Assembly (NCBI RefSeq): GCF_001194135.2
Contig: NC_068997.1
Location: 1,238,777-1,302,776, forward strand
From: Octopus bimaculoides
Taxonomy: Eukaryota
DNA: 64,000 nucleotides
Reading direction: 5' to 3'
Shown in pieces: positions 28,200 through 41,788 of the stretch. The notes below the pieces were generated by a model. The model was not told the DNA's origin, did no database searches, and was given only the letters and a program-made list of their open reading frames with translations. The first letter of the stretch is position 1. Every line of letters begins with the position of its first letter. A program made the position numbers and the translations under genes.

Positions 28200-29110
28200 G
28201 ATTTACGACTTGGACGAGTGAGTGCTGGTCGTATGAACGTAGGGACTTGTGTAATGGCTTGGAGAAAGTGATAAACAGACTTTAAAATGGTGACTGAATC
28301 ATCGGAGCTACTGCTCCTCTCTCAATAAAGATGAAGAGAACTTTTAGAATGTACAAATAAAATAAAACCCCAGCAAAATGGAAGATATTACATCTGTATC
28401 AAGAAGAAGCTGATAAAATAGGTAGAAATTGACTGAGTAACAAGGGACATGAGAATGGAAACTTTATATTGAATATAATACCTTACAATATAAGCAGACA
28501 TGATTTATAAGGATAGATCAGAAAATATATTCAGAAGAAAGACGTAAAATGAAGTGAAGCGTATAGAAAGTATAAACACAATATAAACAGCAGAAATGTC
28601 AGATAAGGGATATTAGAATACAAAAAGGTATGAAGAAAAGACAAAAGGTAAATGAATGTCTAAATAATAAGGATGATAAAATGTTAACAGTAAAAACAAT
28701 GAAGATGTTGATTACAGGAACAAAGGAAGAATCTCCTGATCAGAGTACCAGTTCTAAAATACGATAAGATAGCTCTAAAAGAGAAGAACAATTATCCTTA
28801 CATCTGGAAATAGAGATAACAAGAATGTGGAGATTGAAAGCAGAAACAATCCATAGTGGTGCCTTAGGAAAGGTTAAAAACGTTGTAGACAAATACAAAA
28901 CCAAAACCAAAGCCACAGGAGTTACAAATATACACAGCTACCAAAAAGTATTACTCCATGACTTGCACATATACAAGAGATAACTCTACTGGGTACAGTA
29001 CATATATAGTAGGTCATTGTCAATGCATTAAGTATCATAAAACAAAATACAGTATATGGCCAAGCCATATACAGTTGCCCTCGTGTGCGTAGTGAAAGCG
29101 TGTAATGTAA
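28200..29110 (+). mobile_element. Decayed R4/Dong-type 3' region
   Basis: CTGGAAATAGAGATAACAAGAATGTGGAGATTGAAAGCAGAAACAATCC...GGTGCCTTAGG (about 28805-28870) is near-identical to 38200-38270, and a 3'-UTR-like GTAGTGAAAGCGTG follows. The 5' boundary is approximate. Confidence 0.65.
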
Positions 29111-29235
29111 ACAAGAGTACCGAAATTACAAATAAACTATAGTCGACATCCTTTTGTATAATACACCACTACACATCACTAATTCATAAAATTGACATGC
29201 TATATACAATTATCGCTTAACAGTACAATCTATAT

Positions 29236-29410
29236 ATCACATCTTATAGAATCAACACTCAACATCACGATGTAGACATTACTTTGTAGAATTAACACTC
29301 AACATACCATTTTATAGAATGAAAAAAAAAGCATCACAATCCAGACATCACATTCTATAGAATCAGCACCCAACTACATAATCTAGACAACACTTGGTTT
29401 ATAGAACTAA
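29236..29410. repeat. Degenerate ~42-bp minisatellite
   Basis: Recurring ATCACAT..TATAGAATCA.CAC.CAAC...TAGAC units. Confidence 0.55.
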
Positions 29411-29469
29411 AATCCAGTACTAAAACAAACAACCCACGCATATATGAACTTTGGTATAGCCAGATCTAC

Positions 29470-29800
29470 TAGAGACCTACCACTTCACTCGCTAATGGGA
29501 TATTTTACCGCATCTGGTATGAGGATTTCCTAATAAAACTTTTGACATTGCACTTCATCCGTTTCCCGTCACTTCGAATAATGACTTCTTTAAGATCACA
29601 CCCTCAAGGTGTGTTTGAAAGGGGTTCACTCTGACCCATATCATATCAACTCCGTTGGGCCCCTAGGTTCGATTTTCTCTTCTATATTCTTCATCATCCA
29701 ACCCTTTAGCTTTAAGTCGAACTATTACTCGTTTTTGAATGTTCTACTGATACTACAACAGCAGCACCTGATGCTACTAGTTGATAAATTTTGACCTACC
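29470..29800 (+). mobile_element. CR1/L2/Jockey-group RT remnant
   Basis: Decayed FDRVWH...KL-like (29500-29545) and GVPQGSVLSP-like (about 29650-29690) motifs. Confidence 0.5.
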
Positions 29801-30390
29801 TCCTACCTCTACTCACTAGCTTCCCTCCCTACTCTACTCTACATCTTTCTCCCTCCTCTCTCTCTCTCTTCAACGTTCCCTTCATCTTCTCCTCCACTCA
29901 CTAATCACTAAACTCAGATTTTCTCTCAGAAAATAGCCCTCACCGCTAGAATTCTCTCTTCTCTGTTTATGATTTTCCTGAAGCTGCCAACATGGAACTA
30001 TTCAATAGGAAATTTAACCCTATTAATTCCATTGGCAACGGAGTGTCTGTGGAGGCTATGGACTCAGCCCAGACTAATAAACAATCGTAAAAACACGTAT
30101 ACCGAAAAAGCTATCAAGACCCAGCATTGTATCGCATGACGAAACCCATACAACACAAGAGACACAAACACTGCCTAATATTACACAACGTCACAACCTA
30201 CACAACACAAACACCACACAAAACTGAGTAAATAGAACACAATCAACGCTTCAAACAACAAAACTAAAATTTCACATATTTTACACAATTTCAAGTACCA
30301 CTAGAAACAAATTTGCCGTCTCAATGATGATGATGATGATAATAATAATAAGAAGAAAATTACAAAAACAACAATCAAAATAATAATAAT

Positions 30391-30827
30391 CCCTTCTACA
30401 ATAGGCACAAGGCCTGGAATATTTGGGAGTTAATCGATTTCATAGAACTCTGTGTTTAACTGGTACCTACTTTATCGATCTCGAAAGGATGAAAGCAAAG
30501 ACGACCTTGGCGGAATTTTCACTGAAAACGGAAAGATAGACTAAATGCTGCTAAGCGTTTTTATCCAGCGCGCTAAAAATTCAGCTGTTTCACCACCTCA
30601 ACAACAACAACAACGGTTCAAATTTTGGCACAAGACCAGAAGTTTTGTAGAAGAGGATAAGTCGGTTATATTGACCCCAGTACTCAAATGGTACTTATTT
30701 CACTGGCTCCGAAAGGATTAAAAGCAAAGTCGACCGCAGCGGAATTTGAAATCAGTCCGTAAAGTCCGTTGAAATGCCGCTAAAGATTTTGCCCGAAGTA
30801 GTAACGATTCTGATAGCTAGCCGCCTT
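30391..30827 (-). mobile_element. Two head-to-tail SINE family A copies (30391-30598, 30612-30827) within (AAT)/(AAC) tracts
   Basis: Both align to the family consensus and are separated and flanked by trinucleotide repeats. Confidence 0.8.
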
Positions 30828-30837
30828 AATAATAATA

Positions 30838-30900
<63 letters not shown>

Positions 30901-31544
30901 TTTTCTGGATGACATCCCAGGAGAACCATGTCTCAGAGAAATCCAAAATATTGTGCTCAGAAAAACCCTATAAATTTAAATGCCTGTGTTGTCTTACATG
31001 AAAATATTTCGCTTCTACCCCTGTCACTTCCCCTTCCCCTGTCACTTCCCCTTCCCCAAGCTTTCAGCCATACTGTAACATCTCTTTTCTTTCACTCACT
31101 CTAGGATGCACCAGGAACCCTGGAAAAAACACACTAATTACATAGTAAGTACGTAAACGGAATAGTTACCTCTACATGCATCTGTCTATGCATCCATCTG
31201 CACATGCTAATATTTACAATCAACTTAAATAATGCCTACACGATACACAGAAAATAAAAGAAAAACAAGCGTCACGAGCGACGCCGTACCAAACAAAACC
31301 AAATAATTTTCCACAAACGAATATAAAAAGAAGCAAACTAATACTCAGTTTAAACAGTTATTCCCCGAAACATAGTTGCCAAAAATAAAACAAAAAAAAA
31401 AACAAGCGATTTTCGATCTATCAACCTACGATATGATAAATATATCCATTCGAAGAACAAGGAAACGATGTCATGTCAAAAAGTCAACTCTGAACAAACA
31501 GACCCGTTTCCTATTGTCCTCGTCAATGCTTTAATGACAAGCCA

Positions 31545-32712
31545 AAACTCATGCCGGACCGGTCATCGCTCGAGACAAGGACCGCGTTACCCAGTGGGGA
31601 ACCCGGCTGGGGTCGAAAAATCTGCTGCTGGAACAAACTCTCAACAAAAAGGAATTGTCATGTAATTAGAACTAGGATAACCCTAACCCTAGACCTGTAG
31701 TGACACCACCAAAAAACACCACCTAAAGTAAAACTCATGAAATGGACTAGAGAGGATTATAGTGATGTGTTGAAAGCTTTCTATACAGCCCAGTTGAACC
31801 TAAACAATAACCTCATTGTACAAACATACACTTCTTGGAGAAACTTAGTAGGCAACTAAGTACGCAGATATATAGACACAAATAAATTAAGTAATGTACG
31901 TAGAGATATCATTAAGAATACAAGGCTAATTGACGCTGAAATTAGCTAAATTAGGACAAATTGTCCCATGCTAGGCTAAACGAAATCAGCAACAATGCAG
32001 ATGAAATAGGTAACAGATGCACAGAACCAAGTGTACGAGCAGTAGATCCAAACGAGGAAGCTGAAGAAAGAATAGCGAAGAACAGATATGCGGAAAAAGA
32101 GGAGAAAGTAGACCTACCTGAAGAATACCAGAATGGATATGATACAGAGTTTGAGGTGAACAATAAAGAGATCATAGAATCAAATGAAGATATTATGAGA
32201 GAATTCAGCAAGACTGAGTTAACTGACATGATCAAGAGAGAACCACTACCAAAGCTCTCAAACAACATGAAAAATAGCAACATAACCATGATATATAACA
32301 TTGATCTTAGATCTGAAGAAATAAAGGAAATGACCTAACAACCTTAAATAACCTTATCTATTCCATTGCTAAAATTGTAGCTGCTCCTTTAAGTATCAAG
32401 ACGACGCAGAAAGGGACCAACCATGTCAATAGACGTCCTAAGTAGAAAGTAGCAATACAGAGAGATCGAATGTTTGCGGGCGGATGTATCAGTTCTCGAT
32501 GAACTTGCTAGAGAAGTAAATGTTAAGACGAAACAAGCTAGAAAAATCAAGCATAAATATAAAATGAAAGATTTTATAAACTTCACTGCAACCAAGGAGC
32601 AATTGAAACAACGAACACAACTGACATCCCAACCTGTTCGACCCATAACCTGTTTACCACTAATGTGGAAGCTTATGACCGGTGTTTTGGCGGAAGAGTT
32701 AGACAACCATCT
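31545..32712 (+). mobile_element. R4/Dong-type element 5' region (5' UTR, N-terminus, start of RT) with internal deletion
   Basis: KWTREDY...FYTAQ...YIDTNKLSNVRRDIIKNTRL N-terminal motif, then KEQLKQR joined directly to the RT-start motif RPITCLPLMWKLMTGVLAEELDNHL. Confidence 0.7.
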
Positions 32713-33118
32713 GAAAATCTTACCACCACTGATCGTCACATCAAGGACAACCACCCTGCCTTCCATCTCAAGAAAGATTGTTCTAGTCTTGATTTTTCCT
32801 GAGTAGAATTGCGACACTACTCCCTCCCCCTAGTTGGCATGGAGAAATAAATTCCTCGTAGCCGTTCAAGAGTGGGGAAAAGGCCCGCATCCCCCTCAGT
32901 CTGGTTTCTGTGGCCACTATCACATCCAATCTATGTGACCTGAGGTCATTAAGGAAGCGACCTTGCTTCCCGTCTGAGGTCAGGCCACGTACATTTAAAC
33001 ATCCTACAGTGAGTTCACCCATAAAAAGGCTTACCTTTGTTGGAGAAGGGATTATAATCCTTTCTCAGTATCGTCTGTATCTTGCGGGGATTCTTTGGTT
33101 AGGCCCTCGTACATGCAA
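32713..33118 (-). mobile_element. Tx1/L1-type LINE fragment: ORF1 end plus APE endonuclease N-terminus
   Basis: MGELTVGCLNVRGLTSDGKQGRFLNDLRSHRLDVIVATETRL...GGGSSVAILL (33022 down), frameshift, then EGRVVVLDVTISGGKIFR; matches the xLNVRGL...D.I...ET...GVAIL...EGR APE signature. Confidence 0.8.
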
Positions 33119-33330
33119 ATCAATTGGAAAACAACGACGAAGACAACAGCAACAACAACAACAACAACAACAACAACTATAGCAGCAACAACAGCAATTG
33201 TCATTGTTTCTAATTTCGGCACAAAACCAACAATTATTAAAAAGAGGTGGAGTACAGCTGGTTACATGTACTCTAGTATATAACATACTCTGATATTGTA
33301 ACAGGTATTTTCAATGCAAAACATATTTCT

Positions 33331-33907
<577 letters not shown>

Positions 33908-34644
33908 TTTTCCACTTCAAATATTTGTTCTCAGGAAAGAAATAAGAACTTTTATATTATGTCCCACCTTGCAAAAATATAGCATTAGATGAATAAATTA
34001 TCTCATGTCATCTCTTTTGAGAATTTCTTTTGTTTCTCTGTACGCAATAAAGATTTTATAATGAATGTGTATCCAAAAGAATAGGCCCTACTGAAAGACA
34101 GTCTATGTTTAAATACGGATCAATAGACAAAACAAATCTCCGACTTGAACTGAAGCTTAGAGATAACAGTAAGAGCAGACAGACCAGCAGTGTTCTTATA
34201 ATAATGACCAGTTATAAAATCCAAAGTCTTTGGATAAACTAGCTTTCGAGCTCTTTTAACTATTCTTTCTCGTTCTCTGAACATCTGTATTCATGCCTAT
34301 ACTATTCATGCCTCAATGTATCATACACATACACGCATGTACACGTGCGCGCTCCCACACACACGTTTTTGCTTGCATTTATGTACTGTGTGTTTTATNN
34401 NNNNNNNNNNNNNNNNNNNNNNNNNNNNNNNNNNNNNNNNNNNNNNNNNNNNNNNNNNNNNNNNNNNNNNNNNNNNNNNNNNNNNNNNNNNNNNNNNNNN
34501 NNNNNNNNNNNNNNNNNNNNNNNNNNNNNNNNNNNNNNNNNNNNNNNNNNNNNNNNNNNNNNNNNNNNNNNNNNNNNNNNNNNNNNNNNNNNNNNNNNNN
34601 NNNNNNNNNNNNNNNNNNNNNNNNNNNNNNNNNNNNNNNNNNNN

Positions 34645-34688
<44 letters not shown>

Positions 34689-35449
34689 ACTTTAGCATTC
34701 ATCACAAAAAGAGATATCGCGTTTAGCTTTCAACATAAAACTTTCTCTATATTCAACAGGAGACAGAAAATATGCGTTATTTATGGTATCATATTTCCTG
34801 TCCAAATTGCCAGTCTCGTATTAATCTAACTGAAACCAAATCTAATGCAAGCTATAGTTTTGACAGCAGATTAAGATGTGAGCAAATGGAAAGTCCCGTT
34901 GGTGACAGGCGAAAGGCAGAAATTGATGAAATTAATGGAAATGATGCTACAATTATGTACAAAAAAATCATCATACACACATGAAAGCCGAACATATATA
35001 GCCATGCAATGATATAGCTTTACGTATCACACGAAAGAATAGAGTGCAAATGTTATAAAAAGAACATGAGATCAGACAATTTATCATGACTATTATGATT
35101 AACATATGATATCAATAATTGGTGGATGAGAACAAACTTTGTTCATAATAAACTTTTCCATAATTGTTTTTCTAAGTGCGGTCTGGAGGGAAGTCACTTT
35201 CCTGTTACCTTCTGACAATCAGAGATACTACGTAAAGGAAACTGTGGTGGGAGTGGAACAACAAAAGATCGATTATACTGAAACCGAAGTGTAATAAAGT
35301 GAAATTTACGAAAGGTACGTAAGTGTCAGCGGGTAACTTTAAAATGTGATGTCTTTTACTCCACTGAGTTGTGGTACAAGCACAATAAGTACACATAGAC
35401 AGGCTGTGTTCATTGCGGTTGAAGAAGCTTACACAAGGATAACATAAGG

Positions 35450-35498
<49 letters not shown>

Positions 35499-35542
35499 NN
35501 NNNNNNNNNNNNNNNNNNNNNNNNNNNNNNNNNNNNNNNNNN

Positions 35543-35621
<79 letters not shown>

Positions 35622-37063
35622 AAGATAATAGTAAAAAAAGAAGTGAATATTTAAATTAAAATTGTTTGTGAATGGCATGAACTTGGAATAATATAATTTT
35701 CATTCTTAAGTAAGAAATAACGTTTCGAAGATTCGATACCATTCAGGCCTGTGTTTACTATTTTGGTTTGACCCCACGTAAAGTTCATTTCCCCCCCACT
35801 CGCCTCCAATCATTTTACTTCAAGATGTTCTATCATTCTCCAGTCTTTCACCCCCAAGTGCTGTTTGCTGTAACTCGCTATTTTGTATCCCGTTTTGACC
35901 CATTCCGTGCGTAGGACATTATAATCTCAAGGACCACGCCATTATGATCGGTTTCACAATTTGTCCCCAGTCACTGGATTTAAATGAAGTCATTTCAAAG
36001 TGAAGTGACAGTTCAATAGATTAAAGAGCTGTTGTTTAGTGCCAGGTCAGCCTTTACTGAGCAGAGTGGTGGTGAAGGGCTTCCTAATCGTGGCCTTCTC
36101 ACCTTTCAGGTTGAATTTAGGAATCTATTAAGTAATGCATCCTTCCATTTTAAAGCAGTATGTTGTACGTGTTGTTTCACTGGCTCATCTAAAGGTTTTC
36201 GGTGTTTGTTGTTGTGTAGCAACAAGTCTATCGTCAGCACGTATGTGTGCGTGTGTTCGACAGTGCATGCGCGCACGTTTGCGTGCTTAGTTGAAAGTAT
36301 AGCGGTTCCATTACACGTTTACATGTGTAAATTACATCAGCATCGAATGTAGATTAACATAATCGGTCAATTGTGTAAATATAATGCAAAATTAGGAATT
36401 GGCACCTGAATGTTAACAACAGGTGTAGAACTTATATATGTATCTTTCAGTTGACGTTCCCGTATTAGTCTTGCGATTCATTTAATTGTTTCAGGCTATA
36501 GAATTCATTTGGAGATGTTCCATATCTTTCCACGAATTCACTTCGGGATTCTATTAACAAGATTTTCTTACGATTCTACTGAAATGGAATAGGTAAACTA
36601 ATTGAAAGAACATTCATGAAACTTGATTATATTGAAATCGAATATAGAGTAGTTTGAATTCCTTCGGCTTGAATTTCCAAGAATTTATGTTATAGAGTAG
36701 GAATATATTATAGTTTTGGATACATTGTACGAATTCTAACACCTTTTGCGTTGGTAACTTCTCTCACCATTATGCTATTGTAGCACAGTTTCAATCTACA
36801 AGAAAATGGTAAAGAATTCGTTAATAAACATAGAAGCAGTCATATAAACATTTGCTGTGAGCGCCGTAGAGGACGTGTTAGGATTAAAGCAAACAGAAGT
36901 TGCGATGATTTTCAATGTGAAAATCGGAAATCTACGAACGTCACTGATACTGTTCTACTTCATCCACTACATCTCATTCCAGGGTAAATAAATTAATATA
37001 ATAAAATATAAAAAAGGAATACGAAATATTCATAAAAACAATTCCAAAATTTTTTTTTATTCA

Positions 37064-37438
37064 AGGCGCAGGCGTGGTTGTGTGGTAAGAATCTAGCTTC
37101 TCAATTACATGGTTCCGGTTTCAGTCTCACTGTGTGGCATCTTGGGCCGACCAAAACCTTGTGGGTCAATTTAGTAGACAGAAACTAAAAGAAGTCCGTC
37201 GTATGTATATATGTTTATATTTATGTATGTGTTTATTTTTGTCCCCTACCACCGCTTGACAAGCGGTGCTGGTGTCTTTAAGTCTCCGAAATGTAGCGGT
37301 TCGGTAAAATGGACCGATAGAATAATTACTAACCTTAAAAGCAGTCCTGGGGTCGATTATTTCGACTAAAACCTTTCAAGGTGGTGCCCCAACATGGCCA
37401 CAGTCAAATAACTGAAACAAGTAAAAGATAAAAGATAT
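37064..37438 (+). mobile_element. SINE family B
   Basis: GGCGCAGGCGTGGTTGTGTGGTAAG head through ACTGAAACAAGTAAAAGATAAAAGA tail. Confidence 0.85.
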
Positions 37439-37630
37439 GGAGAATAATTAAAACTAGCGGAGCATATTTTAATGTCACTTAGACGAGCACAGTACAATTT
37501 AATAATCAATTTCTTTTTTTTTTGCCACATGGGATCGTTCATAGTGAAAATAAGTGTCAGAAGAAAGTAGACAACACATGTAGGGATGTATATACTTAGT
37601 TATAGGAAATGTGGGATGGGAAGGTTGAAT

Positions 37631-37969
37631 TTATATATGGGATGTTCCTAGTAGGGGCTTTGTTGGATAGTGTGTAGTGTTGAGGATCCAGGTGTAGCTT
37701 CTACGTTTTTGTTTATATGTTGCTTTTATGATACCCATTGCTCCAATTATTACTGGTATTGTTTTCACTTTCATGCCCCACATGAATAAGTCAATTTCGA
37801 GGTCTTTGTACTTCGATAATATTTTCACTTCTTTTTGGACAAGATTTTGGCCAGGAGGGACTGCAATGTCTATCAGCAAGCAATTGAACTTCTAATTTGT
37901 TGTCTCATGAAGTCTCTGGGTGAGACTTAGAGTCAGGTTGTACAAATACAAAACGAAAGTTAAACATAC
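37631..37969 (-). mobile_element. Older R4/Dong-type RLE fragment
   Basis: LIDIAVPPGQNLVQKEVKILSKYKDLEIDLFMWGMKVKTIPVIIGAMGIIK...LLGTSHI, homologous to the plus-strand copy but diverged. Confidence 0.8.
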
Positions 37970-38016
<47 letters not shown>

Positions 38017-38035
38017 TAATAATAATAATAATAAT
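37970..38035. repeat. (AAT)n microsatellite between two R4/Dong fragments
   Basis: Directly visible. Confidence 0.98.
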
Positions 38036-38508
38036 AGACCAATAGGCCAGATATAGTGAAAGAGAAATTAAGGCAAATAGACCAGATATAGTTGTCAAAG
38101 ATCATGAAGAAAAAAAATGCTTTCTAATTGATGTATCAATACCAGCAGATGACAACGTTTCTCTAAAAGAAATGGAAAAACTTTCAAAATACAAAGACCT
38201 GGAAATAGAGATAACTCGAATGTGGAATCTAAAAACAGAAACAATTCCTATCATAGTAGGTGCCTTAGGTATAATAAAAAAATATTCAGACAAATACATA
38301 ACAAAAATAGCAGGACTTACAAATATATATAACGTACAGAAAATTGCACTACTGGGTACTGCACACATCCTACGCAAAACACTTTCAATACAGTAAACAT
38401 AAGAGCACCACAGCAAACCACAGCACATACCCAAGGCGCACAGAGCTGCGCTCGGTAGTGAAGTGAAAGCACGTTATAAAAATAAAACTACTGAATAATA
38501 ATAATAAT
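38036..38508 (+). mobile_element. R4/Dong-type non-LTR retrotransposon, 5'-truncated 3' end with intact RLE domain, 3' UTR and (AAT)n tail
   Basis: REIKANRPDIVVKDHEEKKCFLIDVSIPADDNVSLKEMEKLSKYKDLEIEITRMWNLKTETIPIIVGALG...LLGTAHILRKTLSIQ* (stop 38394-96). (AAT)n at both ends. Confidence 0.9.
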
Positions 38509-40239
38509 GAATTCTGGCATTCAGGTTAATCTAGATAAAGCTTTATAACTAAATTAAATGGGTTCCATTATATAGCAAGTATTTATTTTATAGATTAGGG
38601 AGAGATAAAGTACATCACAACATATAATAATATTAATTTATACTTCCTATCGATAGATTTATATTGTTCTACCAAAACTCTTTATAAGCACTGCAGATAC
38701 AGAAGTTGCGATTCTTAGGGACTTAGAGATGACATAAGCATTCGAATTGATAGAACAAAGTGGTGCAATAATTGTCCAAGTCACTGAAAATTTCAATCTT
38801 TATAACTACTTAGCTTTACAGTGAAGCAGACCATTAAAACCAGATCTTTTAATTTGCTTGAAATACCGACTTCGGTTCAGTGAGTATTCATTACACTGTG
38901 TGTGGGTATCTACCTCATTAACTGTGAGTTAAAATTCTCACTTCATCGAAAGTAGCAAAATTTAGAAATCTATAGAAATTTGACAGCGAGTGAGGAATCT
39001 CATCACGGAGCTTTGGTGTGTCCATGGAATTGTATCTCTAACCAGCCCACTAAGCTCACATATAAAACAGTCTATCTAGCTGTAAATATGTACCAAAGGA
39101 AGGGAGAATTTACATCCTTAGACAGCGGCAGTACTAGTAGTTAACGCATGGTTCATTATTTTGTGATCCTAAATTATTTATTTCCAGACTGCAGTAACTT
39201 AACATTATTGACAATAACTTTAGCTACGCTGCAATGGGACACGTAAAGGTACATCGATTGACAGACAGCCATGCCATTAGAAACGGATTATGTTAAACCA
39301 AAGGCAGAAATACTCGTTTAAGCCCCAATTTAAGATTCCTCAACTGAAAATGTTTTTAAATCCCCAAGCATTGTGATTTATAAACGATAATTTCATTACT
39401 TTCTCAGTTGCTATCTTAGATATTTTTTTATAACGAGATGATGTGAAGCAGAAGACAAGATTGACAAGACATGGAATGTGACGTTTATTTGAAATATGAT
39501 GTCATGTTTATAATGTTGGTCACGAATGTGAGAATATTTCTAGCAAAAGTCATCAAATGTCGATCGATACTAGAGTTAATATTTAAGATTGGTCAATGCG
39601 CCTGAATAACCGATTCCGCAGATAAAGAAGAGTATTGTTGCTGTTTGTTTACATTTTGTTGTGTTTAATTAAACAACAAATATTAAAGCAGAAATTTGCA
39701 AGAAAATTCAGCCAACCTCATTTTCAGGCGTTATATCCTACTGTATTGAATAGAGGTTTGTTGAACATTAGCCCTTGAAATATGAAAAGACTATTAAAAT
39801 CTTGCTGATCTGTAATTAAAGACGTTCCATCTACGATCATCCAGATATGAATTGATGTCAAGAAACCACTTGGATGAATGTTGCCTACAAGAACAATGTA
39901 GATGATCATTTGCATACAAAGAGCAAGTTAGGAAAACATCAAAATTTAAGTTCAAACCATTTATAACAAATACTTATTAAAAATAATTATTAAAACATCA
40001 CACACAGTTATCATCAGTTACATCCAGAAAAAGAAAATGCATTTGATTGAACCTAAGTTCACTAAAACACACGTTCTCACTCTCAGCCAACAGATGTACT
40101 GTCTTTTTGCGCTGCACTTTCTTACGCAATTACATAGAATGGGTTATGCTGCGCCAATAACGACTTCTCCAGTCACTCTCTCACCTGACATCTCCAATCA
40201 CACATGTTTGTTCTATCCAACACTCGCTCCACGTACCAG

Positions 40240-40240
<1 letters not shown>

Positions 40241-40322
<82 letters not shown>
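40241..40322. repeat. (ACT)n microsatellite
   Basis: Directly visible. Confidence 0.98.
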
Positions 40323-40704
40323 TCTCTCCAGCGATTCATCTCTCTGAATTTCTATTATTACTAATCTTTCTACATTTAACGACTTGTAACTGTTTAAAGG
40401 CAAAGTGAATGATAGAAATCTCACTGCTCTTTCCACTCACATTACCCCCACTAACATCATTACAACTACCATCTCTGCCACTAACCAAAAGCTCAATACT
40501 GTTACAACCAATTCCAAAGTCACTAATAGTGACTTTGATATTAGTTTAGACAGTACTGAGTTACTAAAACGTCACCAAAAACATAATCAGTATGCATAAC
40601 CTCACTGTTACATCATTGCTACTAATGCCACCGCCATTACCATAACTAGCAATTCTATTACCATCAATACCATGATTTCTACTACCAATGTCATCACCAC
40701 TTAA

Positions 40705-40960
40705 CCCTTCTATTTCTTCTGTGTTGTTTGCTGTGTACAATCATCCAAGCTTTTGTTTCCCGTCCATTCTTTGATGTCGTCAGCCCACAAAAGTCTTTGA
40801 CGCTCTTTTGTTCTCTTTCCTTCCACATTTTATTTCAGGATAGCCTTGGGAAATGGCTCGTGAGATTGTATGTTCAAAATATGATAGCTTTTCTGGACTT
40901 GATTCTCGACAATGTGTGCCTTTGGAGTTTCAGCTTTTCTACATCTATTTGATCCTTATT
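40705..40960 (-). mobile_element. RTE-clade LINE 3' remnant
   Basis: Minus-strand NVEGKRTK.RQRLLWADDIKEWTG, the characteristic RTE C-terminal motif. Confidence 0.7.
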
Positions 40961-41788
40961 CTTCTATGTCACCATATTACCACGAGTAATATGGTGAAAA
41001 CTGTTGCACTGAAACCGTCAAATCATTCATCCGTATAAGGTAGACGAATGTCTATCTCGTCTCATCGCTTGATAGGTTACTATCAGCTCGTATCTTTACG
41101 GTGGAACTGATGAAAATGCTTCTGACTCACAATCTGTTCTGCCGCCGTGTTCAGTTTTGTTCGCCACACTCTTTTTCATACACATTAACGCTCCACTTGA
41201 CGTCACTTCCCACAAAGAATACTTCTACTCAGATAATACAACGTTTCATCCCTTTCTAATCTTCTGATCCCACACTGGACAATTCAAGAGGGCACCGTTG
41301 GTATGAACAGAGACCACAAAAACATTCTCCAATTGGAGTCAATATTTCCTTCAGCACTACAAAGACACTCATTTCCCTGAAGATGAACAACACCTAAGGT
41401 AAACTGGCGACGCCACTAGAAATATTTAGCCTCATATCCCTAAGGGTCTCTTCTGTAGAACACTCGACCTCAACATAATCCAACACCGGCTTTTCGGTAA
41501 ATTCATTTGTATTGTTACAGTCTGCGAAGACATCTGTCATCCAATGTAAAACCTATATCCGCTCGACCATAGCTAGCATCCAAACCATATCTCCGTTGGA
41601 CTGAGGATAACACCGTGCCTTCTTTCCTGGAAAATGTGAAAAAATGGAAATCATTACGGATAAAAATGGAATATGAGGCGTTTTCATTAACGGTATATAC
41701 ACACGCACACACGTGGATATGTGTATGTATATGTATGTGTGCGTGTGTGTTTGTTCACACACACACAAGTGTATATATATATATATAT

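Noticed and set aside
31679-31692. CCCTAACCCTAG telomere-like repeat
   Set aside because: Only about two units, inside a retrotransposon 5' region.
40970-40996. Perfect 11-bp hairpin followed by AAAA, with GAAACCGTC nearby, as a possible hammerhead
   Set aside because: No CTGANGA core upstream and no stem I.
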